Positions 12,775 through 26,778 of a DNA stretch of 64,000 bases are shown piece by piece (position 1 is the stretch's first letter; each line of letters opens with the position of its first letter). The DNA comes from Octopus sinensis (Eukaryota), in NCBI RefSeq assembly GCF_006345805.1, contig NC_043016.1:30690001-30754000 (forward strand). Reading direction: 5' to 3'. The notes beneath the pieces were generated by a model. It saw only the letters and a program-made list of their open reading frames with translations. It ran no database searches and was not told the origin of the DNA. A program made the translations under genes and the position numbers.

Positions 12775-14227
12775 TGCATGTGTCGATCTATTCGCTGTGT
12801 TGATTTTTGATGAGACAGATGGAATTTTTTGAGCTGCTTGGCAGCAGTTTGTCGGTGAGTGTTGTACCAGTGGAAAGGAATGTATTTGGACCTTAGCAAG
12901 TATGAACTGTCTTCAGCAGAGGAGGAGCTTGTGAAAGCACTAAACAGAATGGATGAGCATTTAGAAAGAGTAAAGAGTTTTGCTGAGGCTGCAGAGGAAG
13001 AAAAGAGAGGTGGACCTAGCCGGACTGAAGGAGCTATGTAAGATGACACAGAATGGTGGGCAGTGATGTAAAGTTATTACCCCCAAAAAGGGTTATGGTA
13101 AATATGGAAAAGAAGACTATTTACAAGGTGTACTCAGTGGAGAGTAGGAAGGTGGAGCTGATGTATATGGAAAAAGTAGAAAAAGCACTGAAGAGGCTTT
13201 TGAAGGAAGTGACATATATAGCAAAAGAAAATGAATATGGGATGGTGATTGTCCAGTTTAGGACAGCGGAGAAGGCAAAGAGGCTGGCAAGTGAAACTGT
13301 AAAAATGGAGGAAGTGGTACTTCTACTCATGTACCTAGGAAGAAAGACTTCTAAGGTGAGGGTAGAAGGAATCCCACCTGATATAGAAGTGGCTTGGGTT
13401 GTGGCAGCCATCCTTCTTGGTGGTGAGGAGGAGGTAGCTGTGCTCAAAGCCACAGAGAGGAAGGGGGATATAGAGAAAAAACATTGGAAATCATCATACA
13501 AGCAGAGGCGAAGCAACTGGAAAATTTGGCAGAGATGGTGACGTTGGGGGAAATAGTATTGAAAGAATGGGCAGAGGTCTGTGATGCTTTAAATGTGGCC
13601 AAAAAGGCCGCATTAGAGCTCACTGCCCTCTACAGAGGAAAACAACAGAAGAAGCAGTGCTGGAGATGGAGGAGAAATAGGTAGAAGTACAGATAGATGG
13701 AAGGAACAAGGAAGATGAATGGACAGTAACAGAGAATACAAATAAAAAGAAAGAAGAGGAAGAACAGTCAGTGTGATGTGGAACCCCAGACCAACTCCAT
13801 CCCACCCAAGGCCACTCAGACCCACTCTCCCCATAGAGACACCCCCTCTCCCCACATGAAAAAAAAAAGAAAGAACAGACACCACAAAATTTACAAGACC
13901 CCTCCCCCGGTGAAAAAGGTTACGTGTACATGGAGGAGTGTTGTCAGTCAGCAAGGGGGAAAACGGTAAATGAAAGACTAGATCAACAACTAAAGAGGAC
14001 TCAGGACTCAGAGGTGGCGAGTGGTGTTAGTGTGGGGTGAGTAACACACTTTTCATATTCTCATTTGTCAGGCATCATTCATGTATCATTATTTTAATAT
14101 TTTGATTTCAATGATTTTCATGTGTCATTCATAGCATCATATTTTTATTTTAATTGTTATATGTCCCCACATGTGCTGTAGTGTCCCCCTCTATGTAATG
14201 CCTTTATGGCAATTTAAAAGAAATAAG
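12775..14227 (+). mobile_element. ORF1-only (gag-like) non-LTR element remnant inserted in a family A SINE head
   Basis: 15-bp TSD GAAGCTTGCTTCCCA at 12760-12774 and 14228-14242. It carries an RRM-like ORF (VIVQFRTAEKA..KVRVEGIPPD), a degenerate zinc knuckle CFKCGQKGRIRAHC (about 13585-13626) and an A-rich 3' end. Confidence 0.7.
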
Positions 14228-14361
14228 GAAGCTTGCTTCCCAACCACATGGTTCCAGGTTCAGTCCCACTGCGTAGCACCTTCTGCAAGTGTCTTCTACT
14301 ATAGTCTTGGGCCGACCAAAGCCTTGTGAGTGGATTTGGTAGACGGAAACTGAAAGAAGTT

Positions 14362-14403
<42 letters not shown>

Positions 14404-14587
14404 TGCTTGACAACTGATGTTGGTGTGTTTACATCCCCATTACTTAGCGGTTCAGCAAAAAGAAACTGATAGAATAAGTACTAGGCTTACAAAGAATAAG
14501 TTCCTGGGGTCGATTTATTCAACTAAAGGTGGTGCTCCAGCATGGCCGCAGTCAAATGACTGAAACAAGCAAAAGAGTAAAAGAGAA
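14228..14587 (+). mobile_element. SINE family A, remainder (its 5' end is at 12736-12774)
   Basis: Continues the SINE head interrupted by the 12775-14227 insertion. Confidence 0.85.
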
Positions 14588-15119
14588 TGTGGATCTTTCA
14601 ACACAGTGGAATTTTTTCATGTTTGTAAGCATGTATTAAATAGCTAATGAGTAAAAAAAAAAATGAAACGGTAAGCTTTCTTGAATGATAGTGTGTTAAT
14701 TCTGTTGTGTCTGAGGAGAGTCATTTTCTTTTTGTGTTTTATAATTTAACACACTCACTGGTAAAATTTCCACTTATTTCTTAATTTTATTTTCCTAAAA
14801 TTTTCGTTGCGTCTTGCAATCTTTTCATTAGTCTTAGTGTGTTAATTGTTAATTTCTAATAATATATTGGGAAAGTTGATAAAAATCAAGTGGGGTGGTG
14901 TACCAAAAGAAAGCATAAGATGGAAGTAGGAATGGGATAAAAGGAATTGATTCTAAATGGTTAGGTTTAAGGAAATATTACCAACAGCAGTATGGGCAAC
15001 AGCAAAATGAAATAAGAAGAAATGTGCTGGAACTTACATAGAAAAATGAACTTGAAAATGATGATAGCATTAATGATGATGATGATGATGATGAAAATGA
15101 CAACAGCATCGGTGATTAT

Positions 15120-15660
15120 AATCCTTTCTTACATCGACTCCAGTACACAACTGGTACTTATTTTATCAACTCTGAAAGGATGAGAGGCAAAGTCGACCTC
15201 AGTGGAATTTGAACTCAGAACATAAAGACAGACGAAATACCTATTTCTTTACTGCCCACAAGGGGCTAAACACAGAAGGGACAAACAAGGACAGACAAAC
15301 GGATTAAGTCGATTATATCGACCCCAGTGCGGAACTGGTACTTATTTATTCGACCCCCAAAAGGATGAAAGGCAAAGTCGGCCTTGGCGGAATTTGAACT
15401 GAGAACGTAACGGCAGACGAAATACCTATTTCTTTATTACCCACAAGGGGCTAAACACAGAGGGGACAAACAAGGACAGACATAGGTATTAAGTCGATTA
15501 CATCGACCCAGTGCGTAACTGGTACTTAATTTATCGACCCCGAAAGGATGAAAGGCAAAGTCGACCTTGGCGGAATTTGAACTGAGAACGTAACGGCAGA
15601 CGAAATACCGCTAAGCATTTCGTCCAGCGTGATAATGATTTTTGCCAGCTCGCCGCCTTA
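15120..15660 (-). mobile_element. SINE family B as a head-to-tail tandem (one head plus repeated approximately 180-bp bodies)
   Basis: Minus-strand head GGCGGCGAGCTGGC..TTCAAATTCCGCC; the core GCCTTTCATCCTTTCGGGGTCGATAAA..GTACCAG, which resembles the Meta-SINE core as I recall it, occurs three times. Confidence 0.85.
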
Positions 15661-15992
15661 ACATTGGTGATTATAATGATGACCGCACCGCCGCCGCCGG
15701 TGATGGTGGTGGTGGTGACGACGACGATGTCAAAGCCGACGACAACTAACTACAATGAGAACATGAAAGTGAGGCTGAAAGTGACCAGCGTTATTGTAAA
15801 AGTGATCAGACTACAAGTGTCCACCCATAACTAATAATACCTCGTCTGCAAATACATCTCATGTACGATGCAATAATATACTTTTAGTTATCAAAGAAAA
15901 ACACTTCATTAATTCTCAAGTACTTTCTTTCGATATACAAAAATATCAAATGATATTTATTTTCAGATATCTTGTAAATTTTTATTCTTATA

Positions 15993-16378
15993 GGCGCAGG
16001 AGTGGCTGTGTGGTAAGTAGCTTGCTAACCAACCACATGGTTCCGGGTTCAGTCCCACTGCGTGGCATCTTGGGCAAGTGTCTTCTACTATGGCCTCAGG
16101 CTGACCAAAGTCTTGTGAGTGGATTTGGTAGACGGAAACTGAAAGAAGCCTGTCGTATATATGTATATATATGTATATGTGTGTGTGTCTGTGTTTGTCC
16201 CCCGAGCATTGCTTGACAACCGATGCTGGTGTGTTTATGTCCCCGTCACTTAGCGGTTCGGCAAAAGAGACCGATAGAATAAGTATTGGGCTTACAAAGA
16301 ATAAGTCCCGGAGTCGAGTTGCTCGACTAAAGGCGGTGCTCCAGCATGGCTGCAGTCAAATGACTGAAACAAGTAAAT
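15993..16378 (+). mobile_element. SINE family A, full length
   Basis: Near-consensus copy. Confidence 0.9.
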
Positions 16379-17322
16379 AGTTATTTTTTTTAATATAAAA
16401 ATAAATAAAAAAAATTAAACATTTGTACAAACAGTAGTAAGAAATGGCGGTGCCCCAGCATGGCCACAGCTCGTGAGCTGAAACTAGAATCAATCAATCA
16501 ATCATATATTGATCAAAATTATTCATTATCATAGTGTTATATTTTGTCCTCTCAATAAACTTGGACTTCTTAAGTTTTATTTTCAACTTTCTCAGTTATT
16601 TACCATTTAGTTGATTGTTTATTGCCTAACTATTTATTTTTTTTAAAGAAGAAAATGTTTTATTTTATTCAAGGGACGGAGCATCTCCTCACAGCTACAA
16701 TAGACACGCCCAGACAGCCGCGGTCAGGATGTCCAGAGACAGAAATAAACAGCTAAGGCAAAAATCTTACAAAGCAAAGACTCTACACACGATATTCGAT
16801 CTAATTCGATCAACTTTTCTTAAAATCCTTCGTCGTAATTTTTAAGTGTTTTCCTTTTCTTCGGCGTTGTTAAGTTGGTGGCCTTTCTTATTTCCATGTA
16901 CTTTTGCCGTTCATTTACATTGTATTCTGATAAATGAAGAAGAAGAAAAGGGGATATAAATAATGGGAGAAAAGTTACAAAAAAAGGGAGGTGAGGCTCA
17001 AATACTTGCTCAATATAGTCGTTTCTTAATCAATAAAATATGAAAATCAAATTATAACGACTCCGTTGCTAACTGCGAAAAAAATAGATTTTTGAAACAT
17101 ACCAGTTTTATTTGTCAGACTGCAGATGTTAATAATTTGACTGCGGCTGACTTACTTATCATAGGCGATATTTTGGGTGAAAATTAAGCATTCTTTCTTT
17201 TTTTTCTTTTTTTTTGTGCTTTAAAATGCGAAGATGTGATTTTGGGGAGATTTGACAACGAGCTAACACGTAAAAGCACAAAACAAATTATTCATTCTTT
17301 TTTTTTTTTTGAACGGTATCGA

Positions 17323-18758
<1,436 letters not shown>

Positions 18759-19313
18759 TGCCCTGATGCAGTACCAAGCAGTGGCTCTCATGGCTTCTGA
18801 TCTTAACTGATTGGAAGTGTTATCATGTACATTGTTTTGTCTTGGTATAAAAGATGGGCTACAGCAAATATTCTGCTCAATACCACAGATTTGCTTGTCA
18901 GTTGTTTGACCTTAACCAGTTAAGCATGTCCCTTAGTGGCTGATGATATGTGCATCTCTGATAATGAGCAGAAGTAGTGGGGGAGCATCATAGCCATGTG
19001 TTGAGAAGGATTCTTTGGGGTTTGAATAATTCACCTCTGGAAACATGGGTGTTTCGTTCAACGTCCTTAAACAACCCTTATTCAGGTACCTTTTGAGCGG
19101 GATGGGTTACTCGATCTGAAGAAAATTCTAATTGGGCCCCACCTGCAAGGTCATGTGCTGTTTATCTTGATATGAGATCACCATGTCGCGCACATATGGT
19201 TGTGATGCATGTGCCTGGTGTACCTTTATCAGACGGGTAGTCATGATGGGTATATTGGGCTTCGTATATTTTACCCCAGTGTCACTTTGATGGCATGAAC
19301 TGCTCTCTCACTC
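18759..19313 (+). mobile_element. About 555-bp non-coding interspersed element (family C) embedded in (AAT)n
   Basis: Runs TGCCCTGATGCAGTACC...GCTCTCTCACTC. Near-identical copies at 30003-30275 (partial), 30388-30940 and about 32440-32898 are also flanked by AAT-type repeats. Confidence 0.85.
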
Positions 19314-19362
<49 letters not shown>

Positions 19363-19384
19363 TAATAACAATAGTAGTAAGTAG

Positions 19385-19550
19385 TTCTTTCTACTGTAAA
19401 CACAAGGCCTGAAATTTTGAAGGGTGCTAGTTTGTATCACCGACCCTCAATTGATACTAATTTTATCGATCCCGAAAGAATAAAAGGCAAAATCGACATC
19501 GATGGAATTTAGACTCAGAACGTAAAGGCTGGCGAAATGCCTCTAAGCAT
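19385..19550 (-). mobile_element. SINE family B, degraded
   Basis: Similarity to the family B core and tail. Confidence 0.7.
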
Positions 19551-22199
19551 TTTTTTTTTTTCCTGTGTACTAACGAGTCTGCCATCGAATAAGAAGGATT
19601 TTAAACAGATGAAGGAAATTTTTTGGCCTGTGCTTGACGATCATAATTTACAACAAATAAATAATTTTATATTATGGAATAGCAACAAATCGATGAAATA
19701 AACTACAACAGAATATTTAGCAACAGATTTTTTTTTTTTTTTTCAAATACTCGATCACAACCATTGTGTCATTGCGCTATTTCCCCTCAAATTCTTTTAA
19801 TTATCGAAAACTGTCTTTAGATGTACCATTCATTCGTTTCAATTTCTTTTACGGCCATACATACATACATACATACACACATACTTACACACAGACACAC
19901 ATACATACACACACACATACATAGATACATACACACACACACATACATATACACATACACCGAGTAAAAAATTTCAGTTATCTCTCTCTTTCACACATTA
20001 CTCTCTGTCTCTTCGCACACACTAACAGAAGCACTTCACTTACACAACATACTGTCTGTCTCCCACACCCCATCAAACACACACACGGGGACTTCAAAAA
20101 GAAATTCCCTCGTCATAAAATCGTTTCCTCTTAGTCTCTTTCGCTCTCATTACTTCAAATATTCCCGCAAAGCCATATGTAAAAAAATAAAAGTTTTTTA
20201 CGGAAATCGACGGAAACGTGTGCTACGACAAACGAAACTTCGCCTCTTTTACTTAATGAGAGAACAAAAGGACTCAATACCAACACAGAAAAAAGAAGAA
20301 AAAGAAACATCGGAAATCTGATAAGACCACACCCTCCCATCTTAAGTAACGACAAAAATCCTTATGCCAAACAAGCTGACAGCAGCAAAATTAATAAATA
20401 AATTTCGGGGTTACCAAACGGATTGGTACAAAGTGAAATGGTACATTATAATGAAAGTTCACCAAGGCGATCTTTGTAAGTCGCACCCGCCACTTTTACG
20501 ACCGTAAATTGTCTAGGTTTTTCGTAAGGATCATAATGAGAAAATTCTTCTACTTAGGGGATTTTCTTTTAGTTGAACAAAGCTTCCCAATAACCTTTGC
20601 TTCTTCTACGCTTTTTATCACATACTGTATTTGTATTTATATTATTTTCCACACCTCCGTTTCTTGTTATTCACGTCGCTAAATACGTGTATATCAGTAA
20701 TACTCCACATTATATTATGAATGATCAAAACGTCTAAAATATTTTATTTGAATAAACTCAACAGCAGAGCAGTGAGATGTGGTTCCGACAAAAGTTTCGA
20801 TCTGATTTTAATCAGAGACGTGGAATTTATGGTGGTTATCTCTCTTAGCAAATGCACTTAATACAACGAAACATCAATTAAAAGGTGGTAAAAAGTGTTG
20901 TTTTGATGGATCACCTATTATTCGTGTCGTGTCCGACAATAGCGTTAAACCTGTGAGTAACTATGCTATAAGATGTTGATTCTGATCAAACAGACTAATG
21001 ATCAAAAGCATTCCACCTATGGCCATCTCAACTAGATGATTTTCAGATACAATCTATCTTGGACACATTATCCAACGTTTCCTTAAAAGAAAACAGAAGA
21101 GGCTGATACAGGGGGTAATTGACTGTTATTTCTGCAGGTCATGTTATTTCGTTGACTCGAGTGATGCTATAATTTGACGAGTGGGACCTTTTTAATTTTT
21201 TTGTTTCATGTTTACTATTGGCACACTAAAATTTTGAAATACAAACCGAAAGTTTTTGGTATTTCGTACAACTTGGATAACAGTTGGGTTGACAAAGAAT
21301 TGATATTTCAATTATCTCTAAATAAGAAGCTAGGAGCATGTCAGAACTCTGCAGCTTTCGATTGGTTATAGTTACTCCAGATTTTCAAACTTTAAAGATA
21401 TTAACTTTTTATATATTAAATTATGGTAAAAATTAATTTCACTTCCATAATTAACATACAAAACTACATCCAAACACCAAATTTGAAAACAATTGGAACA
21501 AAATTAAAAGAACTGAAAACAGACAAGGTCCAGAATTTCAAATTTTGGGAGATACACGATAAGAATGAAACTAAATTAAAGTAACCGTTAAAGTAAAATG
21601 ATCAGTATTTTTTGGCATTGGACATACGTTTTCGAAAAGGTGGTTTACGTGGCTATATATTTTTGAAATGTCAAGTCTGAATCAGTTTCAACTGATATGG
21701 ACTTGACTCAGTTTTTAATTCTCACAGTTTCTACAGCTGAAAACGATTCCAATGAATTGTGCTACAAATCTTCAGTATTAATACTTACTATGGTGACTTG
21801 TCACTGTAATGAAGATGAAATTTAGTCGGGAAGAGGTGAAGAAATTGGAATCGAAAGTGAAGACATAGATCAGAATTATTAACACATTGCAAAAGCGTCG
21901 TTGCCAGCAAATGTCAGCAAAAGAAATGATATGGATTAATATACCAACAATAAAGCCTTTCTATTTTTTTCAATATCATAAATAATTCTTTTTTTCTCGA
22001 TCAGATTTATCCTGTTATTACTAGTTTCCCTTAGCAAAAACTGCGGCGTTACATAGCTTTTTTGAAACAAAGACAAATCGAAATTCAAACTGAAAATTCA
22101 ATCCTTTGTCGTGGGACGAATCCAATTGTTTTGGAGACCCGAAACAAGTATTCTTATATTTTAGTGATGAGTCCAATCCGAAGCGAAAAATTGCACTGA

Positions 22200-22594
22200 C
22201 GCAGGCGTGGCTGTGGAGATCTGAAACTTGTTTCCCAACCTTGTTCTGCGTTCAGTCCTACTGCGTGAAACCTTAGGCAAGTGTTTTTTTTTTCTGACTA
22301 GCCAAAGCCTTGTGACTGGGTTTGGTAGACGAAAACTGAAAGAAGCCCATCATATACGTGTGCGTGTGTTTGTGTGTGCGTGCGTGTGTGTGTGTGTTTG
22401 TCCCCACCACCGCATAACAACCGGTGTTGGTGTGTTTACGTCCCCATAACTTAGCGGTCCGGCAAAAAAGACCGATAGAATAAAGACCAGGCGTAAAAGA
22501 AAAATAAGTAGAGGGAGCGATTCTTTCGATTAAAAATTTTTCGTGACGGAGCCCCTGCATGACCACAGTTCTAATGACTGAAGCAAGTAAAAGA
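22200..22594 (+). mobile_element. SINE family A variant
   Basis: Diverged full-length match. Confidence 0.8.
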
Positions 22595-23337
22595 TACCGA
22601 AGACTACGCATCCTCTCGGGATCAGAAAATACTTTGATCTTAATTACAATTGCTGTCTTACTACAACGCTCATATGCACATTAGAGTATTACTTCATTTT
22701 CTGAGAAAATGCAGTTACACATACAAACGTTACTCAGTCGTAAAAACCTTTTCAGGTGCTACTTTGGTGTGTGATCTACAAGGGAGATTACTTAAGTTTA
22801 CTTTTTAGTTTACTTTTCAATATCTAAACACCCGTTAGATGTTGGCTAAAGACTTTTTACAATGTGATCAGCGGCGAGACGAAGGTAGTTGCATTTTTAC
22901 AAGAAACCAGCACTAAATTCACATCATTTCTAAAGAAAAAGAAGGGTGCCACTTTGGCATGTGATCTACAATTTAAAGGGAAATTACTTTAGGTTACGCT
23001 TTAGTTTACTTTGTGTTGATGCTACTTTCCGTGTGATCCACGTGAGAAAATTTACTTCGGTGGATGATCTACGCGCTTTTTTTAATTATGTTTCTTTTTT
23101 ATTATTATAATAGTAATAATTTTGAAAAAAAAAAAGAAACATTTACACTACAAAGTAAGTACAAGATCAATTAAAAAGTAACCCAAAGTAATCTCCATTG
23201 TAGATCACACGACAAAATATCACCCCTTTTTAACCCAGCATATAAGAATTTTAATTTCTTTAATAATCCTGTTGTTTGGAGAGTCACTGATGTGTATTCA
23301 TGTATTTTAGCTTGAAGTAAATGCCAAAAAGAAAACT

Positions 23338-23716
23338 TTTTACCTCCACCAAGGAAGGAGGTTATGTTTTCATCGGCGTTGGTTTGTCCGTCTGTGTGCA
23401 AAATAGCCCAAAAAGTTGTGAATGGTATTTCGTGAAACTTGCAGGAAAAGTTGGTAATGACACAAGGAACAGATGATGAACTTTTGGTAGTGATCCAGGA
23501 ATTTAATGGATTCTTGAAGGATTTTTCATTTGTTATATTTACTTTACATGAAGTATTACAATGTTACGTTCTTTGATTATCTCCCTTGAAAACACGTTCA
23601 TCGTTTTCATGTAACCTATGGTGGCTTTGTTGTTTCAAAAGTTTATTTTTCGTTTCTCCGTTAGTAATTTTACTCGTGTATCTATCTTAAAATGAGCTGC
23701 TTGGCGGAGGTCTGCG
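23338..23716 (+). mobile_element. Non-autonomous Helitron/Helentron-like element (related fragment about 24560-24650)
   Basis: Subterminal inverted repeats ACCTCCACCAAG / CTTGGCGGAGGT. The related copy ends with a short hairpin (CGCTCTCCGAGTG) and CTAGT. Confidence 0.55.
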
Positions 23717-23719
23717 GAG

Positions 23720-24205
23720 GATGACATGACAAGCCTTGACTATTGGGATCGACTCAAAAAGCTCAGGCTTTGCTCTCTCCACCGCCGCTGTGAGCTCTAT
23801 ATCATCTGTATTATGTGGAAAATATTCCATCAACATTACCCATCTTTAAAATTCACCCGAGGCTTGGCCCCCATACCATCCGTCCACTACAGAAATGTTC
23901 ATGTCATCTCACAACACTATGACAGAACTACTTCACCTCAATTGGCCCTGTTCTCTTCAACATCGTGCCAGACACACATAAAGGAGGAAAGTGACTACAC
24001 AGTATTCAAACGATCCCTAGATGATTACCCACAATAAATACCAGATAAACCACCGACACTCTGATATGTCTCTGAAAACAATAACTCTCTGCTTGAATGG
24101 GCTACGCTTCCCCAGAGCTGACTGTGTATCACTTCCAGGTGGTGCTATTAAATTAGACATAGCCTGAGTCAACTTTGGCCGAAACTTATCTAAGTAATCT
24201 AATCT
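23720..24205 (+). mobile_element. CR1-type LINE 3' fragment
   Basis: LDYWDRLKKLRLCSLHRRCELYII..WKI and FKRSLD are typical of the CR1/L2 ORF2 C-terminus; a short repeat tail follows. Confidence 0.75.
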
Positions 24206-25240
24206 GTGCTGTAACCTTTTAATCAAAGCATGACAACATAGGTAGAAGCTGATATCTTAACATTTCTGATGGTCTTAAGTATTAAAAAAATATTAGAGAT
24301 TTATATAGAACTACATTCAAAGTATATCTATAAGCTATTGTGTTTAGTTAGACCTGGTTTTAATAAAGCAATCCGAAATTAGAAAAATCAAAAATCTGCA
24401 ACAATCTCGGTCCCATGAGTATCGGATAATGGATTTTCAACTGTGTAGAGAAACTGATTGTGGTGATCGTAGTTTTGACGGTAATTGTGGTGAAGACAAA
24501 GACAGTGTTGATGATGATGAAGGTCGAGATAAGTATGGGAGGAGGATAAAATAGTATCTCTGTTATGTTTTTGCCGGCGTTGGTTTGGGAAATTGGGCGA
24601 TTTTCAGCATGCTTGGCGGAGGCCAACGCTCTCCGAGTGTTTTCCTAGTTATAACATGACATCACTGTGAGAAGATTTTTTCAAAGTTCATCGCGTGACA
24701 CTTAAAAATCTGCGACTCGTCATTCACTCATTGACATTATTGCTCTTTAACTACATTCATCGACACTACTAAAACGGCCTCTGTTCTTAAATTAGATAGA
24801 CATTTGCTTTCAGATAGATGCATCGTGCTTTCAGATAGGTGCATCTCTCCTCTTTTTCATGCATCTCAAAGAGCACACGAAACACTTTGCCGAACCAATT
24901 TCCTTTTGCCCTATACAAATGAAATCTCTTCACACCTACGACATTTTTGCTCATTGACTTTGAGATGTTCAAGCTAAGGAGTAACTGCAAATATCCCACG
25001 AGTTTTGAATGAGTGTTTCTCTATCTGATTCAAAGAACAACCCTTTATCCGGAGCCCAGATATGCGAATCTCTACAGAACTGAGAAGTCAGCGTCTGTAA
25101 TTCTTCTATCACTGAAGGGGTACGCGCGCTGACTTCGTTGTTGTTGGTCAAAACACTTAACCCATGACTAAAATATCGAGGGTGCCTTTACCTGGTCTCT
25201 CAATCTGCTAGAAATAACAGCTAAATATCTCTCAAAATTA

Positions 25241-25385
25241 CCGTATTTTAACGTGTATAAGGAGCCCTCGTGTAAAAGGAACGGTTTTGTAAGGCATTAT
25301 AATACTATCCATGTATAAGAAACTCCGATATTTTTTAAACCTAATTTTTGACGAAAAAGGGTTCCTTATACACGTTAAAATACGG
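25241..25385. mobile_element. Tc1/mariner/pogo-type MITE (145 bp)
   Basis: TIRs CCGTATTTTAACGTGTATAAGGA / TCCTTATACACGTTAAAATACGG, flanked by TA on both sides. Confidence 0.85.
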
Positions 25386-25604
25386 TATATATCCTACATA
25401 CCGTCTTGAAGCAAGAAAGAAAAGATACCAGGGACGAAATGGCCTGAAGCAGTTTGAATAAAAGATGAACTCTTATGACCTGCATGGGTCTGCTCGATTA
25501 CAGTTCACCTAGAGTTAAAAGCAAGAAATAGCACCACCGCCGCCGCCGCCGCCACCCCCACACCGCCACCACCACCACCACCACTACTACTACTACTACT
25601 ACTG

Positions 25605-25644
<40 letters not shown>

Positions 25645-25967
25645 GTAAAATATTCCCCACAAGTGGTTATAAGTTCACTGCTGTAGGCAATAAACAACAG
25701 GATGGAAGGAATTGATGAACAATTTATATAATAAATAATAATAATAATAATAATAATGAAATTATTGTATACAGTGCTCAGGTGCACCACGAGCCCGTGC
25801 ATCGGTTATGAATTGGGGATAAAATAGAAATCGCCCTGTTGATAGGTATCATAGATAACGTTGTGTCTCAATATTCTATTATAATTCCATCTGCATCTAG
25901 GATGTGTCTAAATCAGAAACAGTTGTTATTGTTATTAGAACCGGTATTCTTACAGTATATAGACCCG

Positions 25968-26357
25968 GGAGTGGCTGCGTGGTAAGTAGCTTGCTAACCA
26001 ACCACATGGTTCCGGGTTCAGTCCCACTGCGTGGCATCTTGGGCAAGTGTCTTCTGCTATAGCCCCTGGCCGACCAATGCCTTGTGAGTGGATTTGGTAT
26101 ACGGAAACTGAAAGAAGCCTGTCGTATATATATATATGTATGTGTGTGTGTGTCTGTGTTTGTCCCCCTAGCATTGCTTGACAACCGATGCTGATGTGTT
26201 TACGTCCCCGTCACTTAGCGGTTCGGCAAAAAGAGACCGATAGAATAAGTACTGGGCTTACAAAGAATAAGTCCCGGAGTCGATTTGCTCGACTAAAGGC
26301 GGTGCTCCAGCATGGCCGCAGTCAAATGACTGAAACAAGTAAAAGAGTAAAAGAGTA
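25968..26357 (+). mobile_element. SINE family A
   Basis: Near-consensus copy. Confidence 0.9.
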
Positions 26358-26544
26358 TAGAGTTGGGAATTATCTTGTGAACCAACGAGCCAAAAACTAC
26401 AATTTGTAGCGTCAACGGGTTACTTTATTTTAATGATCTTGGAAAGACAAAGTTGATTTCGGGGAAATTCGTGCTCTTAAATGTAAAAAAAAAAAAAGGC
26501 TCCGCTTCTCATCAGGCTGAGAAAAGCAGACTGTCATAATACCT

Positions 26545-26770
26545 TTTTCTTTACTACCCACAAGGGGCTATACACAGAGGAGACAAACAAGGACAGACAA
26601 AGGGATTAGGTCGATTATATCGACCCCAGTGTTTCACTGGTACTTTATTTATCGACCCCGAAAGGATGAAAGGCAAAGTCGACCTCGGCGGAATTTGAAC
26701 TCAGAACGTAGCGGCAGACGAAATACCGCTAAGCATTTCGCTCGGCGTGCTAACGGTTCTGCCAGCTCGA
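26545..26770 (-). mobile_element. SINE family B
   Basis: Near-consensus copy. Confidence 0.85.
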
Positions 26771-26778
26771 CTGTCATA

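Noticed and set aside
20438-20481. Candidate FCHSD2 first exon (MVHYNESSPRRS, then GTAAGT)
   Set aside because: The available ATGs give phase 2 or phase 1, while the 58991 exon needs phase 0. It could still be an exon of another transcript.
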